A stretch of 64,000 nucleotides of DNA from Candidatus Hermodarchaeota archaeon (GTDB lineage Archaea; Asgardarchaeota; Lokiarchaeia; Sigyniarchaeales; SOKP01): contig JBHLLG010000009.1 in assembly GCA_048885925.1 (NCBI GenBank), positions 16,051 through 80,050 on the forward strand, given 5' to 3'. Under the pieces are notes generated by a model. The model ran no database searches, was not told where the DNA came from, and saw only the letters and a program-made list of their open reading frames with translations. The translations under genes were made by a program, and so were the position numbers. The stretch's first letter is position 1, and every line of letters begins with the position of its first letter. Shown here piece after piece: positions 18,770 through 28,216 of the stretch.

Positions 18770-21700
18770 ATGTCTGGGTATTTTGATTACAAAGGTCTAG
18801 AAGAATTATCCAAAGGAAAAGGATTAACACAAATTCAGTATGTTTTTAACATTCTTATTTCTGAATTGGCAGATCATCTTAAATTAGAACCTATATACCA
18901 AAACATATTAATAGAATTAATTGAAAATGAAAATTTCTCAAAAGGAGAAAACCTCTCTATCCTTGATTTTGGCGTTAGAAGAGTTGTTCAAAATAATAAT
19001 TTAATAATAAAAATAAATCTTATCAATACAAAATGGTTTGCGTTTCTTTTGCTTAGAGAGGCATATTATTCATTTATTCCTATTGATGTCAGTGAACTTG
19101 TTAAAATTTGCATCAACCAAATTATAGAAAATGACCTCAAGAGAATACCAAGATATTTAGAATGGAAAAAACTGATAAGAAAATCTTTGTTGGACAGACA
19201 ATTTCTTCACTCTCAGTTTGACAAACTACAAAAGTTTTTTAAAATTGAAGCGAATGAACCCTTAGAGAGTGCAATACAATTTTTTTTTAGAGAAATAAGA
19301 GAAAACATATCATTAAGTCAGGATGGAAATTTAGATCACTTCTATGATTTAATTTTTGAAAAATATACCTACCAAACCTCCCGAACGTTATTTAATTCAG
19401 AGATTATAGAAACAGTAAGACTACTTGCAAAACTGTTTTATGAAAATAAATTATACCTTCATTTATCCGATTATCAAGATTTATTTAAGAAATCAAAGGA
19501 AAATCAACAGATTAACTCTGATTTAAGTTTGAGAAAATTTATTGAAAGTTTACAATGGATTAACAAATGTTCTTCAATTGCGCCGTCTTATGATATATTT
19601 TATAATCTTCTTGATTTAAATGTAATTTTAGCTGTAATTTATTTTAATCCTCTTTTAGAGAAGAATAAAATTAGATTGATATTAGAAGAATGGCCTTTTT
19701 ACCTCTCCTTAAAATTTTCAGAAAATAGTTTCAAGGCAGAGATATCTTTGATTTTCATAATTCCTAAGCTATACTTTAAAGATTTATTGACTTATTTAAA
19801 TATCTTGGAAGAATCTGGATATATAATTAAAGTGGATTTATACCATTATTTTAAAAAAAAATCACTTATTAATCTAAATTATTTTACAGAATTATCAAAT
19901 ATAAAGAAAGTTATTGATCCATCTAATATTCAATATGAGAAGAAATATGAAATTGAAACAAATATTAACTGGGATCCAACTATTTCAAGTTCGATACCCC
20001 TTTCTCTTTTCGAATTTAAAATAATTGACCGTGTAAAAAATCTATCAGTTGTAGGTTTAACTTTTGATAAAAGAATAGAAACATTGAATGCAATTAAGGA
20101 AGATATTGAAAATGAGTTAAGTAAAAATAGAATCTTTAATCAAAAGTTTAAAAAATATTTCGATAAAATCCTAAATTCAAATAAATTAAAACAACAGTTT
20201 TTAAAATTTTTAGAAAAAAATAAGAACAAAGGATTTTTCTATACATATTATCAACTAAGTCATATTCTTGATTATATAAATTTAATTAGAGATATCTTAC
20301 ACAAGCACCCTGACATTACGAATAAATATCAACTCCAGATGTTACTAAACACATCCTTAATTTCTAATAATATCGAAGAATATCAATTGATTCGCAATAA
20401 AGATGTTAAAAATACAATAATTCGGGAATTACTTCCTCTACGTTTTCGATCTATAAAAACATTTAGAGAAGAAGTGGAAAAAGTTCAATCCTTCTACAAT
20501 GTGTTAGATGTATGTTATAACTTTAAAATTTTACATTTATACAAAATTAAAAAAATTATAAATGAACCCTCGTTAGCTAAAAAAATTCATCAAAAAAGAG
20601 TGAAAAGATATTATGATATATTTAAATCCTTAAGGTCATATAAAATAACAAATGAGAAAATTGAATCTACAATCGAAGCTTTTTTAAAACATGAGCCTCC
20701 TCTATTGAAACCATTCTTAATAAATACGATATTAACTAGTACCTTTGCAAAATATTATATAGAACTAATATTAAAAGAAAAACCTGATGTCAATAAAGGG
20801 CTCACAAAGTTGAGATCAATATTTCCAAAAATTTTTATTTCTAGAATAACTGAAGCAGCTACTAATAGAATTTTAATTTATGTTTCAACCTATTTTTTAA
20901 ACATAAATGAAAAAAGATTATTTTTTTCTATTTTATATTCTTTTTTTGGAGATTCAATTATTTCAATTAAACGCTATTTTTGGAGAGGTGTTACCCGATT
21001 ACACAAGCATGAACTAGGAGATTTTTATGATTTTAAGGAAAAACGATTTTTTTATTCAGAAGATTTTTTTAAACAACTTTTAATCTATACTCAAAAAATC
21101 TTCGGTGAAAAACTAGAATGGCCTAAATATCCATTGAATAAAAATGTAATGGGACTCTTTTGGCCAAACAAACAAAATATTGATACATTAATAATGACTG
21201 TAAAGAATAGAATATCATATGAGGACTCAACTATTAATTTAAGGGAATTATTTGAACTTTCTAATTTCTATAAAAATTTAGAAACCCATTTAATTGATCA
21301 ATCAAAGTTTCTAAATATTAAAACGAAACAATTCTTCAAGAGATATGTAAAATCAATAAAATTTATTCCAGCGTTACAACAATTTGGCTTTTCGCAGTAT
21401 TATTTATATTTTCGTCCTTTTTTATATAAATCTTCAACTTTTGAAATTGATTTCAGAATTTTCTTTATAAATTCATTCCAAAATATTAAATACCCTGCTT
21501 GTATTGAACCAAATCCTGCAATTTTTATCGAATATATCTTTCCCTTCAGAAATCCTAATAAAACTTATTTGAACTGGCTCACAAAATCGAAAAAAAATGT
21601 TTCTGAGTACTGTTTATTCTATAAAAAGAAAATATATGAGATAATCCACTTTAATCGCAATTTAACGAAAGAAGGTTGGAGTTACTCTTCTCTTAGTTTT

Positions 21701-22414
21701 AAATCTTTCATGCAAAATGTTTTATTCAATCCAATCTATGATCCAAAGATTACTGGACTAAGAGAATTTGATCTTAGTGAGATCCTCGAATCAAATATTT
21801 TAGGATATGATACAAAAGAGTATCAAGCATTAACTAATATTTACAATACTCAATCACTTGACATTAAATCGTATTTAGGAACAAGAAATTACACCATTAT
21901 TAACAATATTACTGAACTCCTTAACAATAAATTAATTTTCCCTTACATATCTTTAAAAAATTTAGATTTCCAAGATAAGATCTCAATTATTTTGCCTGAG
22001 ACTAAACAAGAGTTTAATGAAAAAATAATAAAGATATTTAGTTTTTTTAACATGAGTCGAATATATGAAATTGAGGGAGAATTTTTTATATATGGTTTTG
22101 AAAAAGAAAAAAGCTTCGAAAATGGGTTACTTATTGAGATTTGGTTCCCAAAATGTGAATTAGATGAATTTTTTAATGTATTTGATTTACTTTTTCAATA
22201 CTTTGAGATTAATCATTATATAGTTTTAACCGATTTAGTTAACGGAAAGACATTATTAAAATCGGTCTATGGAAACTTAGATTTTTTAAAAGAATATAAT
22301 CCTTTATTGAACCTTAAATGGAATGATAATGATAAGATATGGATGAACCATAAACTATTTAATGAAAAATTCGAGCCTATTTACCCAAATTTGATTAGTA
22401 AAGAAAAAAAATAA
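18770..22414 (+). CDS. large hypothetical protein, possibly tandem Lrp/AsnC-like modules
   Basis: 1214 aa; recurring I.P....LG/LD-hydrophobic strand pattern (IAPSYDIFYNLLDL, FIPALQQFGFSQYYLYF, IFPYISLKNLDF). Confidence 0.6.
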   Translation: MSGYFDYKGLEELSKGKGLTQIQYVFNILISELADHLKLEPIYQNILIELIENENFSKGENLSILDFGVRRVVQNNNLIIKINLINTKWFAFLLLREAYYSFIPIDVSELVKICINQIIENDLKRIPRYLEWKKLIRKSLLDRQFLHSQFDKLQKFFKIEANEPLESAIQFFFREIRENISLSQDGNLDHFYDLIFEKYTYQTSRTLFNSEIIETVRLLAKLFYENKLYLHLSDYQDLFKKSKENQQINSDLSLRKFIESLQWINKCSSIAPSYDIFYNLLDLNVILAVIYFNPLLEKNKIRLILEEWPFYLSLKFSENSFKAEISLIFIIPKLYFKDLLTYLNILEESGYIIKVDLYHYFKKKSLINLNYFTELSNIKKVIDPSNIQYEKKYEIETNINWDPTISSSIPLSLFEFKIIDRVKNLSVVGLTFDKRIETLNAIKEDIENELSKNRIFNQKFKKYFDKILNSNKLKQQFLKFLEKNKNKGFFYTYYQLSHILDYINLIRDILHKHPDITNKYQLQMLLNTSLISNNIEEYQLIRNKDVKNTIIRELLPLRFRSIKTFREEVEKVQSFYNVLDVCYNFKILHLYKIKKIINEPSLAKKIHQKRVKRYYDIFKSLRSYKITNEKIESTIEAFLKHEPPLLKPFLINTILTSTFAKYYIELILKEKPDVNKGLTKLRSIFPKIFISRITEAATNRILIYVSTYFLNINEKRLFFSILYSFFGDSIISIKRYFWRGVTRLHKHELGDFYDFKEKRFFYSEDFFKQLLIYTQKIFGEKLEWPKYPLNKNVMGLFWPNKQNIDTLIMTVKNRISYEDSTINLRELFELSNFYKNLETHLIDQSKFLNIKTKQFFKRYVKSIKFIPALQQFGFSQYYLYFRPFLYKSSTFEIDFRIFFINSFQNIKYPACIEPNPAIFIEYIFPFRNPNKTYLNWLTKSKKNVSEYCLFYKKKIYEIIHFNRNLTKEGWSYSSLSFKSFMQNVLFNPIYDPKITGLREFDLSEILESNILGYDTKEYQALTNIYNTQSLDIKSYLGTRNYTIINNITELLNNKLIFPYISLKNLDFQDKISIILPETKQEFNEKIIKIFSFFNMSRIYEIEGEFFIYGFEKEKSFENGLLIEIWFPKCELDEFFNVFDLLFQYFEINHYIVLTDLVNGKTLLKSVYGNLDFLKEYNPLLNLKWNDNDKIWMNHKLFNEKFEPIYPNLISKEKK

Positions 22415-22544
22415 GTTTAGAACTGTTAAATTAAACTGAAAACTATATTTTATTCTTAAATAAAAAATTTTAAATTGTGATAATAAAATTTAAACGATAT
22501 TTTAGATATTTTAATAAGTATAAAGCATTAAATATATAAAGATT

Positions 22545-22619
22545 GGACCTATAGCCTAGCCTGGATAGGGCGTCGGACTTCTAATCCGAAAGTCGCAGGT
22601 TCGAATCCTGCTAGGTCCG
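22545..22619 (+). tRNA. tRNA-Arg(TCT)
   Basis: Acceptor GGACCTA/TAGGTCC; anticodon arm TCGGA-CTTCTAA-TCCGA; T arm GCAGG-TTCGAAT-CCTGC; no intron, CCA not encoded. Confidence 0.97.
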
Positions 22620-22622
22620 CTC

Positions 22623-23780
22623 TTATTTCGAAGCTTTTATTTTTAAATCAACAACAACTAATTCAGATTTTGGCGAATAATGTTTTACAATTTTCGAATT
22701 ATCAATAGACTTAATATCCCAATTAAGATGAGTTAATTCTCTCTCAAGCTTTTTTATAGATTTTTCTAAAGGATTTGGTTTTTCGGAGAATTGATAAAAA
22801 TGTAAATTCCCGCCTGATTCTTTCATTAAGAAACAAGCAATATCAATATAATTAATTGATTCTTCGGGTAAATTCATGATGATCCTGCTTGCTTTATTAT
22901 ATAATAATTTTCCTAATTGGTTTTTAGCCTCAAGAAGTTTTTTAACATCAATATTTTCTGGGAAAATCTCTCCCTTTAACTTATTTAATTTAATGTTTTC
23001 TTTCAGATATTCATAGGCATTAGAATTAGTATCAAAAGCATAAATTTTGATATTCTTTTTTTTCGCAATTTGAATTGAAAAAGTCCCAACTCCTGCAAAA
23101 AGATCAATTATTAATTCATTATCCTTTATCTCACTTGAGGCAATCCTATGGCGTTCAAAGACTAATCTTGGAGAGAAATATGTATTCTTAACATTAAGCT
23201 TAAAAACACAATCATTTTCTTTATATATTGTTTCAGGCTTATCTTCACCAAATAGAAGACTTAATTCTCGTAAGCGATATTTTCCCTTAATTTGACTTTT
23301 TTTCTCATAGACAGTTTTAATATTCTTGTTTATTATTGAAATAGCTTCAGCAATCTTTTCTTTATAATTATTGGATTTTTCTTTATTAATACTTTGAAAT
23401 TTATCAAATTCAATCAATGCGATATGTCCAATGATGTCATATGATTTTGGAATTAAGTTTGAATATCTTTCTGGGAGTTTATCTTCTAAAGCTTCTTGAA
23501 GAGTTTTGTATTTATAATTTTCATTGTAAACACCTTCTCTAGAGATTAGTTCAAAATTAATTTTTCTATCTACTAGTGAAGTTACTCTATTGATTAGAGA
23601 TTGCTCATTAATAATTGGAAATAGTATATTGTCATTCTCATATAAAATTTTAAATTTATGGTTAATAAATCGAGTATTTTTTAGCCTATTCTTTAAGAAA
23701 TTAATGAAAGCTTGTCCATCTGCTTTTTTAAACTTAATATATAATATCTCAGCTTGGCTATTATTTCCCATTTCTCTCAT
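22623..23780 (-). CDS. trm5: Trm5/Met-10+ family tRNA methyltransferase
   Basis: SYDIIGHIA, YFSPRL..ER.RI, DLFAGVG.F, IIMNLP. Confidence 0.88.
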   Translation of the reverse strand: MREMGNNSQAEILYIKFKKADGQAFINFLKNRLKNTRFINHKFKILYENDNILFPIINEQSLINRVTSLVDRKINFELISREGVYNENYKYKTLQEALEDKLPERYSNLIPKSYDIIGHIALIEFDKFQSINKEKSNNYKEKIAEAISIINKNIKTVYEKKSQIKGKYRLRELSLLFGEDKPETIYKENDCVFKLNVKNTYFSPRLVFERHRIASSEIKDNELIIDLFAGVGTFSIQIAKKKNIKIYAFDTNSNAYEYLKENIKLNKLKGEIFPENIDVKKLLEAKNQLGKLLYNKASRIIMNLPEESINYIDIACFLMKESGGNLHFYQFSEKPNPLEKSIKKLERELTHLNWDIKSIDNSKIVKHYSPKSELVVVDLKIKASK

Positions 23781-24195
23781 TTGTTTCGAATATGATTGAT
23801 AATTTTTTTCCTGGATTTTTTAGTTTTTCGATTAGTTCACGACTTATTTCATTTGATGATTTATTACAATTTACTAAAACTGTTCTATCACAGATAAAAT
23901 TACTTTTGCGAAAAACCATATCTTTTTTATTCAATAATCTTAAATCTTTACTTCCAAATCCAAAAAAAGAATCTTGGAGATCTTCTAATTTTAAAGTAAT
24001 TTTTATTTTATTTCCATCTTTTATTTTTTGTTTCAAATTCTCATTTAAATCAAAACAAGCTTTTGAAGCATTAATTCCTATAATACAGTTTCCTGTCTCA
24101 GTTAAACTTTTTTCTTTTGTAATTTCTACTGTAGTACTATGCGTACACAGAATGTTTTCATGTCCATAAGCAGTAATCTTTTCTAATATCACCAT
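23761..24195 (-). CDS. DUF371 family protein
   Basis: A.GHENI..TH..T.EITKE..LT..GNCIIGI.A.K, MVFRKS.F. Confidence 0.88.
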   Translation of the reverse strand: MVILEKITAYGHENILCTHSTTVEITKEKSLTETGNCIIGINASKACFDLNENLKQKIKDGNKIKITLKLEDLQDSFFGFGSKDLRLLNKKDMVFRKSNFICDRTVLVNCNKSSNEISRELIEKLKNPGKKLSIIFETNERNGK

Positions 24196-24200
24196 ATACT

Positions 24201-25847
24201 TTATTCATCTCTAAAAAATAATAATAAGTCGTTTAATTTAGTAAAAGTAGAATAATTTGATTGAAATTTAGATTTTAAAATAGAATCTAATCCAAAAATC
24301 GGATTTGTAAAATTAAATTCTACAAGCTCATTAAATTGATTTATATATTTTTCTGGAATTAACACTCCACATTTATAATATTTTTCATAATTATGAATTA
24401 TGAAAACACTTGACTTCTTTACTGAGCTCATATAAAGTTCATCATTCTCTTCTAAGGCTGTTATAGATTCAAATTGCCCCATTGGATACGTACTTATTAA
24501 TTCAAGTGGAACTATTCCAAAATATAAAGAATTAAATACAATATGTATGCTTTCACGAGGGATTAATATATTTTTATTTAACTCTTCAAGCCAATTTTGG
24601 ATCATTGGAGAATTTTCAGCTCTAGTATCTAATTCTGGTAAAATTATTAAAAATCTTACTTCTGTTGGAATACGATAATTCGTGTTAATCCTTTTCTCGT
24701 ATCTGTTAATCAAAGGTCTATAGGTATCTTCATAAGAAACTAATAATCTCCCATGTTTCTTATAGATTTTTTCATAGAATTCAAAAGTTGGAGCTTCTTT
24801 CTTTAAGATACGTAGTGCTTTAACTAGATTTGGATGTGATCTTATTCGTTGATTAACTAGTTCCCACAAATTCCCCTCTCTTATCGCTTGCCTAATTGTT
24901 TTTAATTCAGAAAAAGAGAGATATAAGTTATGTTCTGCTAAAAGTTTAATTTGCAAATCCTTTTCAAAATTCTTTAATTCGGTTGGATTATATGTAGTAC
25001 ATATCGGACAATGGCATGGAAATTCCTCTAATTCCTCAAGATCTTTAGTACCACTTGAAAGTGTGAAATACCGGTTTTCTTTAGCATAGAGAATATAAGC
25101 TGCTGAATCCATTAAATCACATCCAAACGCGGTAGCTAAGGAAAAAAATTGAGGTAGTCCTAAACCAAACATATGGATAGGTTTATTAGGATTAATGTTT
25201 TTTTTTACAGTTAATAATATATCGAGAGCTAATTCAAATCGATAATCTAAAAAGGCTTTAACAAGCCCTCCTATCGCATAGATAGCAAAATCTAAATTAC
25301 TCATTTCAATTGCGCTTCTTTTTAATAAATCTTTATATTTTCCTCCGTGAACAGGTCCAAACCAGTTGCATTTTTTATTTTTACGTCTTTGAATATTATC
25401 TTTAGCTCTTTTAATCGTTTCATTAACTTTCATTTCAGCTTTTTCATAAGAATCTTCAAGTTGAACTGGTATATCTAAAATAACCGGGAAATCTGAATCG
25501 ATCTCTTCTTGGAATCTTTCAATATCAATAGGATTAATACCCAATTCTTTATCATTATACATATATTGTTGAAAAGCACCGCTATCAGTAGCGACCAATC
25601 CATTAAAATTTAAAAATTCATGAATTCCCTTCTCTAAGACGATTTCTCTTTTATTCTGATTCTGAAAAATGATGTAAGCATTTGTAAAAACAGCTTGAGC
25701 ACCTAATTTTTTCAAATCTATCATAGGTAGCAAATTCTTATAAGGATGCACAACAGGAAACAAGTTTGGTGTAATCATTTCTTTTCCATTAACAATAATC
25801 GTTCCAATTCGCCCTAATGCATCCACATCTATTATCTCATATTTCAA
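24201..25847 (-). CDS. tgtA: archaeosine tRNA-guanine(15) transglycosylase
   Basis: D..GRIG, TP.LFPV, TDSGAFQ, HMFG.G.P, D.MDSAAY, CHCPIC..HN, LWELV..R.RSHP. Confidence 0.93.
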   Translation of the reverse strand: MKYEIIDVDALGRIGTIIVNGKEMITPNLFPVVHPYKNLLPMIDLKKLGAQAVFTNAYIIFQNQNKREIVLEKGIHEFLNFNGLVATDSGAFQQYMYNDKELGINPIDIERFQEEIDSDFPVILDIPVQLEDSYEKAEMKVNETIKRAKDNIQRRKNKKCNWFGPVHGGKYKDLLKRSAIEMSNLDFAIYAIGGLVKAFLDYRFELALDILLTVKKNINPNKPIHMFGLGLPQFFSLATAFGCDLMDSAAYILYAKENRYFTLSSGTKDLEELEEFPCHCPICTTYNPTELKNFEKDLQIKLLAEHNLYLSFSELKTIRQAIREGNLWELVNQRIRSHPNLVKALRILKKEAPTFEFYEKIYKKHGRLLVSYEDTYRPLINRYEKRINTNYRIPTEVRFLIILPELDTRAENSPMIQNWLEELNKNILIPRESIHIVFNSLYFGIVPLELISTYPMGQFESITALEENDELYMSSVKKSSVFIIHNYEKYYKCGVLIPEKYINQFNELVEFNFTNPIFGLDSILKSKFQSNYSTFTKLNDLLLFFRDE

Positions 25848-26437
25848 TTGAAAAAGTCACCAATTTTATCCTTCTTGAATAATTCCTCCAGCCAATCAAT
25901 CTTTCCTAATGATAGATCTTCATCTATTTCAGTCTTATTAATAATCTTTAGAATTTTTTCTGAAATTTCAGTAGGAGAAGTCTTACTTGTATCAATTTCA
26001 TATATTGGAATATCTAAACTTTTCTGAAATAAGAAGTTCGCACAATTTCCCAAAATTTCACTTTGAACATTCTCAATTACTTTTTCTTTAGAATAATTTC
26101 GTTGGTCTAATCTTTTCATTAACTCATAAGGATCACATCTTAATACAATAGCAACATCAATAAATTCATTAGGTATTATATCAGCAAAATGACCTTCAAT
26201 TAAAATAATTTGCTCATTTGATTGTTTGAAATTTTTAATTAAACTAATAACATATTGAAGTAATTTTTCTGTATTAATAACCTTAGTATTTCTTTTCTTA
26301 TCGTATTTAACTATATAATTTTCCGAAATTGCTAATTGGTTTAATGATATTACCTTGCCGTTAATCATATTTGATAGAATATTAGAGACCGTAGTTTTTC
26401 CAGTTCCCGGGGTCCCAGAAATTACAATTATTTTCAT
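25844..26437 (-). CDS. adenylate kinase AK6/Fap7 family
   Basis: SGTPGTGKTT, IEGH, VLRC.P..L..RL..R.Y...KV.EN...E. Confidence 0.9.
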   Translation of the reverse strand: MKIIVISGTPGTGKTTVSNILSNMINGKVISLNQLAISENYIVKYDKKRNTKVINTEKLLQYVISLIKNFKQSNEQIILIEGHFADIIPNEFIDVAIVLRCDPYELMKRLDQRNYSKEKVIENVQSEILGNCANFLFQKSLDIPIYEIDTSKTSPTEISEKILKIINKTEIDEDLSLGKIDWLEELFKKDKIGDFFN

Positions 26438-26514
26438 CTATACTTTATAATAAAGATTTTAAGTTATAAAATTAATGGAATAGAAGTATCTTCCATAACA
26501 ATATAAAAAAGTAA

Positions 26515-26588
26515 TGGGAAAGGGGGGCTTTGAACCCCCGACCTCACGGTTATCAGCCGTGCGCTATACCAGGCTAAGCCACTCTCCC
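26515..26588 (-). tRNA. tRNA-Ile(GAT)
   Basis: Reverse strand GGGAGAG...CACGG-CTGATAA-CCGTG...GGGGG-TTCAAAG-CCCCC-CTTTCCCA. Confidence 0.97.
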
Positions 26589-26743
26589 TTAAAGAGAACC
26601 TTTATAATTACGTAAAAAATTATTTTAAAAAACGTTAATTAACGAATAAATTTAATAAATAGTATTTAAAAAATTTTTTGACCAAAAAAATAATAAAATA
26701 TGGTTATTTTTAATTCATATTAATTCATAAATTCGGATCTAAA

Positions 26744-27328
26744 ATGAAGTCTGGATATAGCTACATAAAAGAAACGTTTGAGAAACATGAAAAAGGATAT
26801 CAAACACCACGATGGTATCGTGGAATAGAATATAGAAAAGGTAAATCAATTCAAAGAGTAGAAAAACCACTCAATATTCATCGAGCAAGAACATTAGGCT
26901 ATAAGGCAAAGCAAGGATATATTATTGTTCGAGCAAGAATAAGGAAGGGTGGAATGCATAAAATTCGTCCAAAACGGGGAAGAAAACCAAGGGCAATGGG
27001 GGTTTCTAAGTATACTACTGGAAAGAATCTTCAATGGATTGCTGAGGAACGTGTTCAAAGAAAGTATCCAAACATGCAAGTACTAAATTCATATAAAATC
27101 TATTCTGACGGGAAACATTGGTATTATGAAGTTATCTTAGTTGATCCAAATCATCCAGTAATTAAATCAGATCCAAAAATAAATTGGATTTCTGAACCCC
27201 AACATACTAAAAGAGTAACTCGTGGTCTTACATCTGCCGGAAAAAGAGCTCGTGGTCTTCATAAGAAAGGGTGGGGATCAGAAAAAACACGACCAAGTAT
27301 TAGGGCTAATAAAGGTCGGGGAAAATAA
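26744..27328 (+). CDS. rpl15e: 50S ribosomal protein eL15
   Basis: RARTLGYKAKQG, IAEERV.RKYPNM.VLNSY, YEVILVDP.HP, RGLTSAG. Confidence 0.97.
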   Translation: MKSGYSYIKETFEKHEKGYQTPRWYRGIEYRKGKSIQRVEKPLNIHRARTLGYKAKQGYIIVRARIRKGGMHKIRPKRGRKPRAMGVSKYTTGKNLQWIAEERVQRKYPNMQVLNSYKIYSDGKHWYYEVILVDPNHPVIKSDPKINWISEPQHTKRVTRGLTSAGKRARGLHKKGWGSEKTRPSIRANKGRGK

Positions 27329-27381
27329 TGAGATTATCTCTTTTAAGAACTTGAAATAGAGTTTCAATTTTTATTTATTTT

Positions 27382-28176
27382 CTACAAGGTATTTACTGAA
27401 ACAGTCATTCCGCCATCTAAAATGATATTATGGCCTGTTATATAATCTGACGCCGGTGAAGCCAAAAATAAAGCAACATCAGCAACCTGTTTTGGTTCCC
27501 CAATTCGATCTAACGGAAGTTTAATATTTCTTTTTTTCATAAATTCTCGAATAAATTCAGGATTGTTCTTGTACATTGGTGTTAAAAATAAACCTGGGCT
27601 AATCGCATTCACAGTAATATTACTGGATCCGAGTTCCAGAGCCCAAAGTTTTGTAAAACTAATGAGCGCTGCCTTACTTACACTATATATCCCAATATAT
27701 GGATTAGCGCCGACTTCTGTACCTGCGCATGATGCTATATTAATAATTTTTCCTGCTATGGGTTTGAAATCTTGTTTACTCATTTTTCTATAAAAAGCTT
27801 TTGTGACATTCCAAGCACCTTTAACATTTACATTTATAATTTTATCAAAATCTTCTTCTTTTGTAACAAGTGAAAATGTACTCATTCTAATACCTGCATT
27901 ATTAACCAATACAAAAATATTATCAAACTTTTCAAAAACTTCTTTTCTCATCTTTTTAACTTGATCAAAATTAGAAATATCTGCTTGAGCTAATAATATC
28001 TCTACGTTATAGGATTTTAAAATAATATCGCGAGTTTCTTCAATGTTTTTAATATTAATATCATTTAATACCAAATTCGCATCTTTACTAGCAAAAGCAA
28101 TAGCCATTTCACGACCAAACCCACTCCCTGCCCCCGTGACAAGGGCTACTTTTCCCTCTAAAAAATTTCCGTTCAG
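27382..28176 (-). CDS. short-chain dehydrogenase/reductase
   Basis: TGAGSGFG, NNAG, YSVSK, VNAISPG, YITG; start placed at the CTG 8 nt after GGAGGTGA (ORF track start 28257 overlaps the upstream gene). Confidence 0.92.
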   Translation of the reverse strand: MNGNFLEGKVALVTGAGSGFGREMAIAFASKDANLVLNDINIKNIEETRDIILKSYNVEILLAQADISNFDQVKKMRKEVFEKFDNIFVLVNNAGIRMSTFSLVTKEEDFDKIINVNVKGAWNVTKAFYRKMSKQDFKPIAGKIINIASCAGTEVGANPYIGIYSVSKAALISFTKLWALELGSSNITVNAISPGLFLTPMYKNNPEFIREFMKKRNIKLPLDRIGEPKQVADVALFLASPASDYITGHNIILDGGMTVSVNTL

Positions 28177-28216
28177 AAAATTTGTCACCTCCAAAAAAAT
28201 ATACATTAAATCATAA

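Noticed and set aside
15224-22619. Integrated element at tRNA-Arg
   Set aside because: The block lies 5' of the tRNA, and I saw no integrase or duplicated tRNA fragment.
26475-26496. ATGGAA/TTCCAT inverted repeat downstream of tRNA-Ile
   Set aside because: A short stem in AT-rich DNA, at most an ordinary terminator or processing hairpin.
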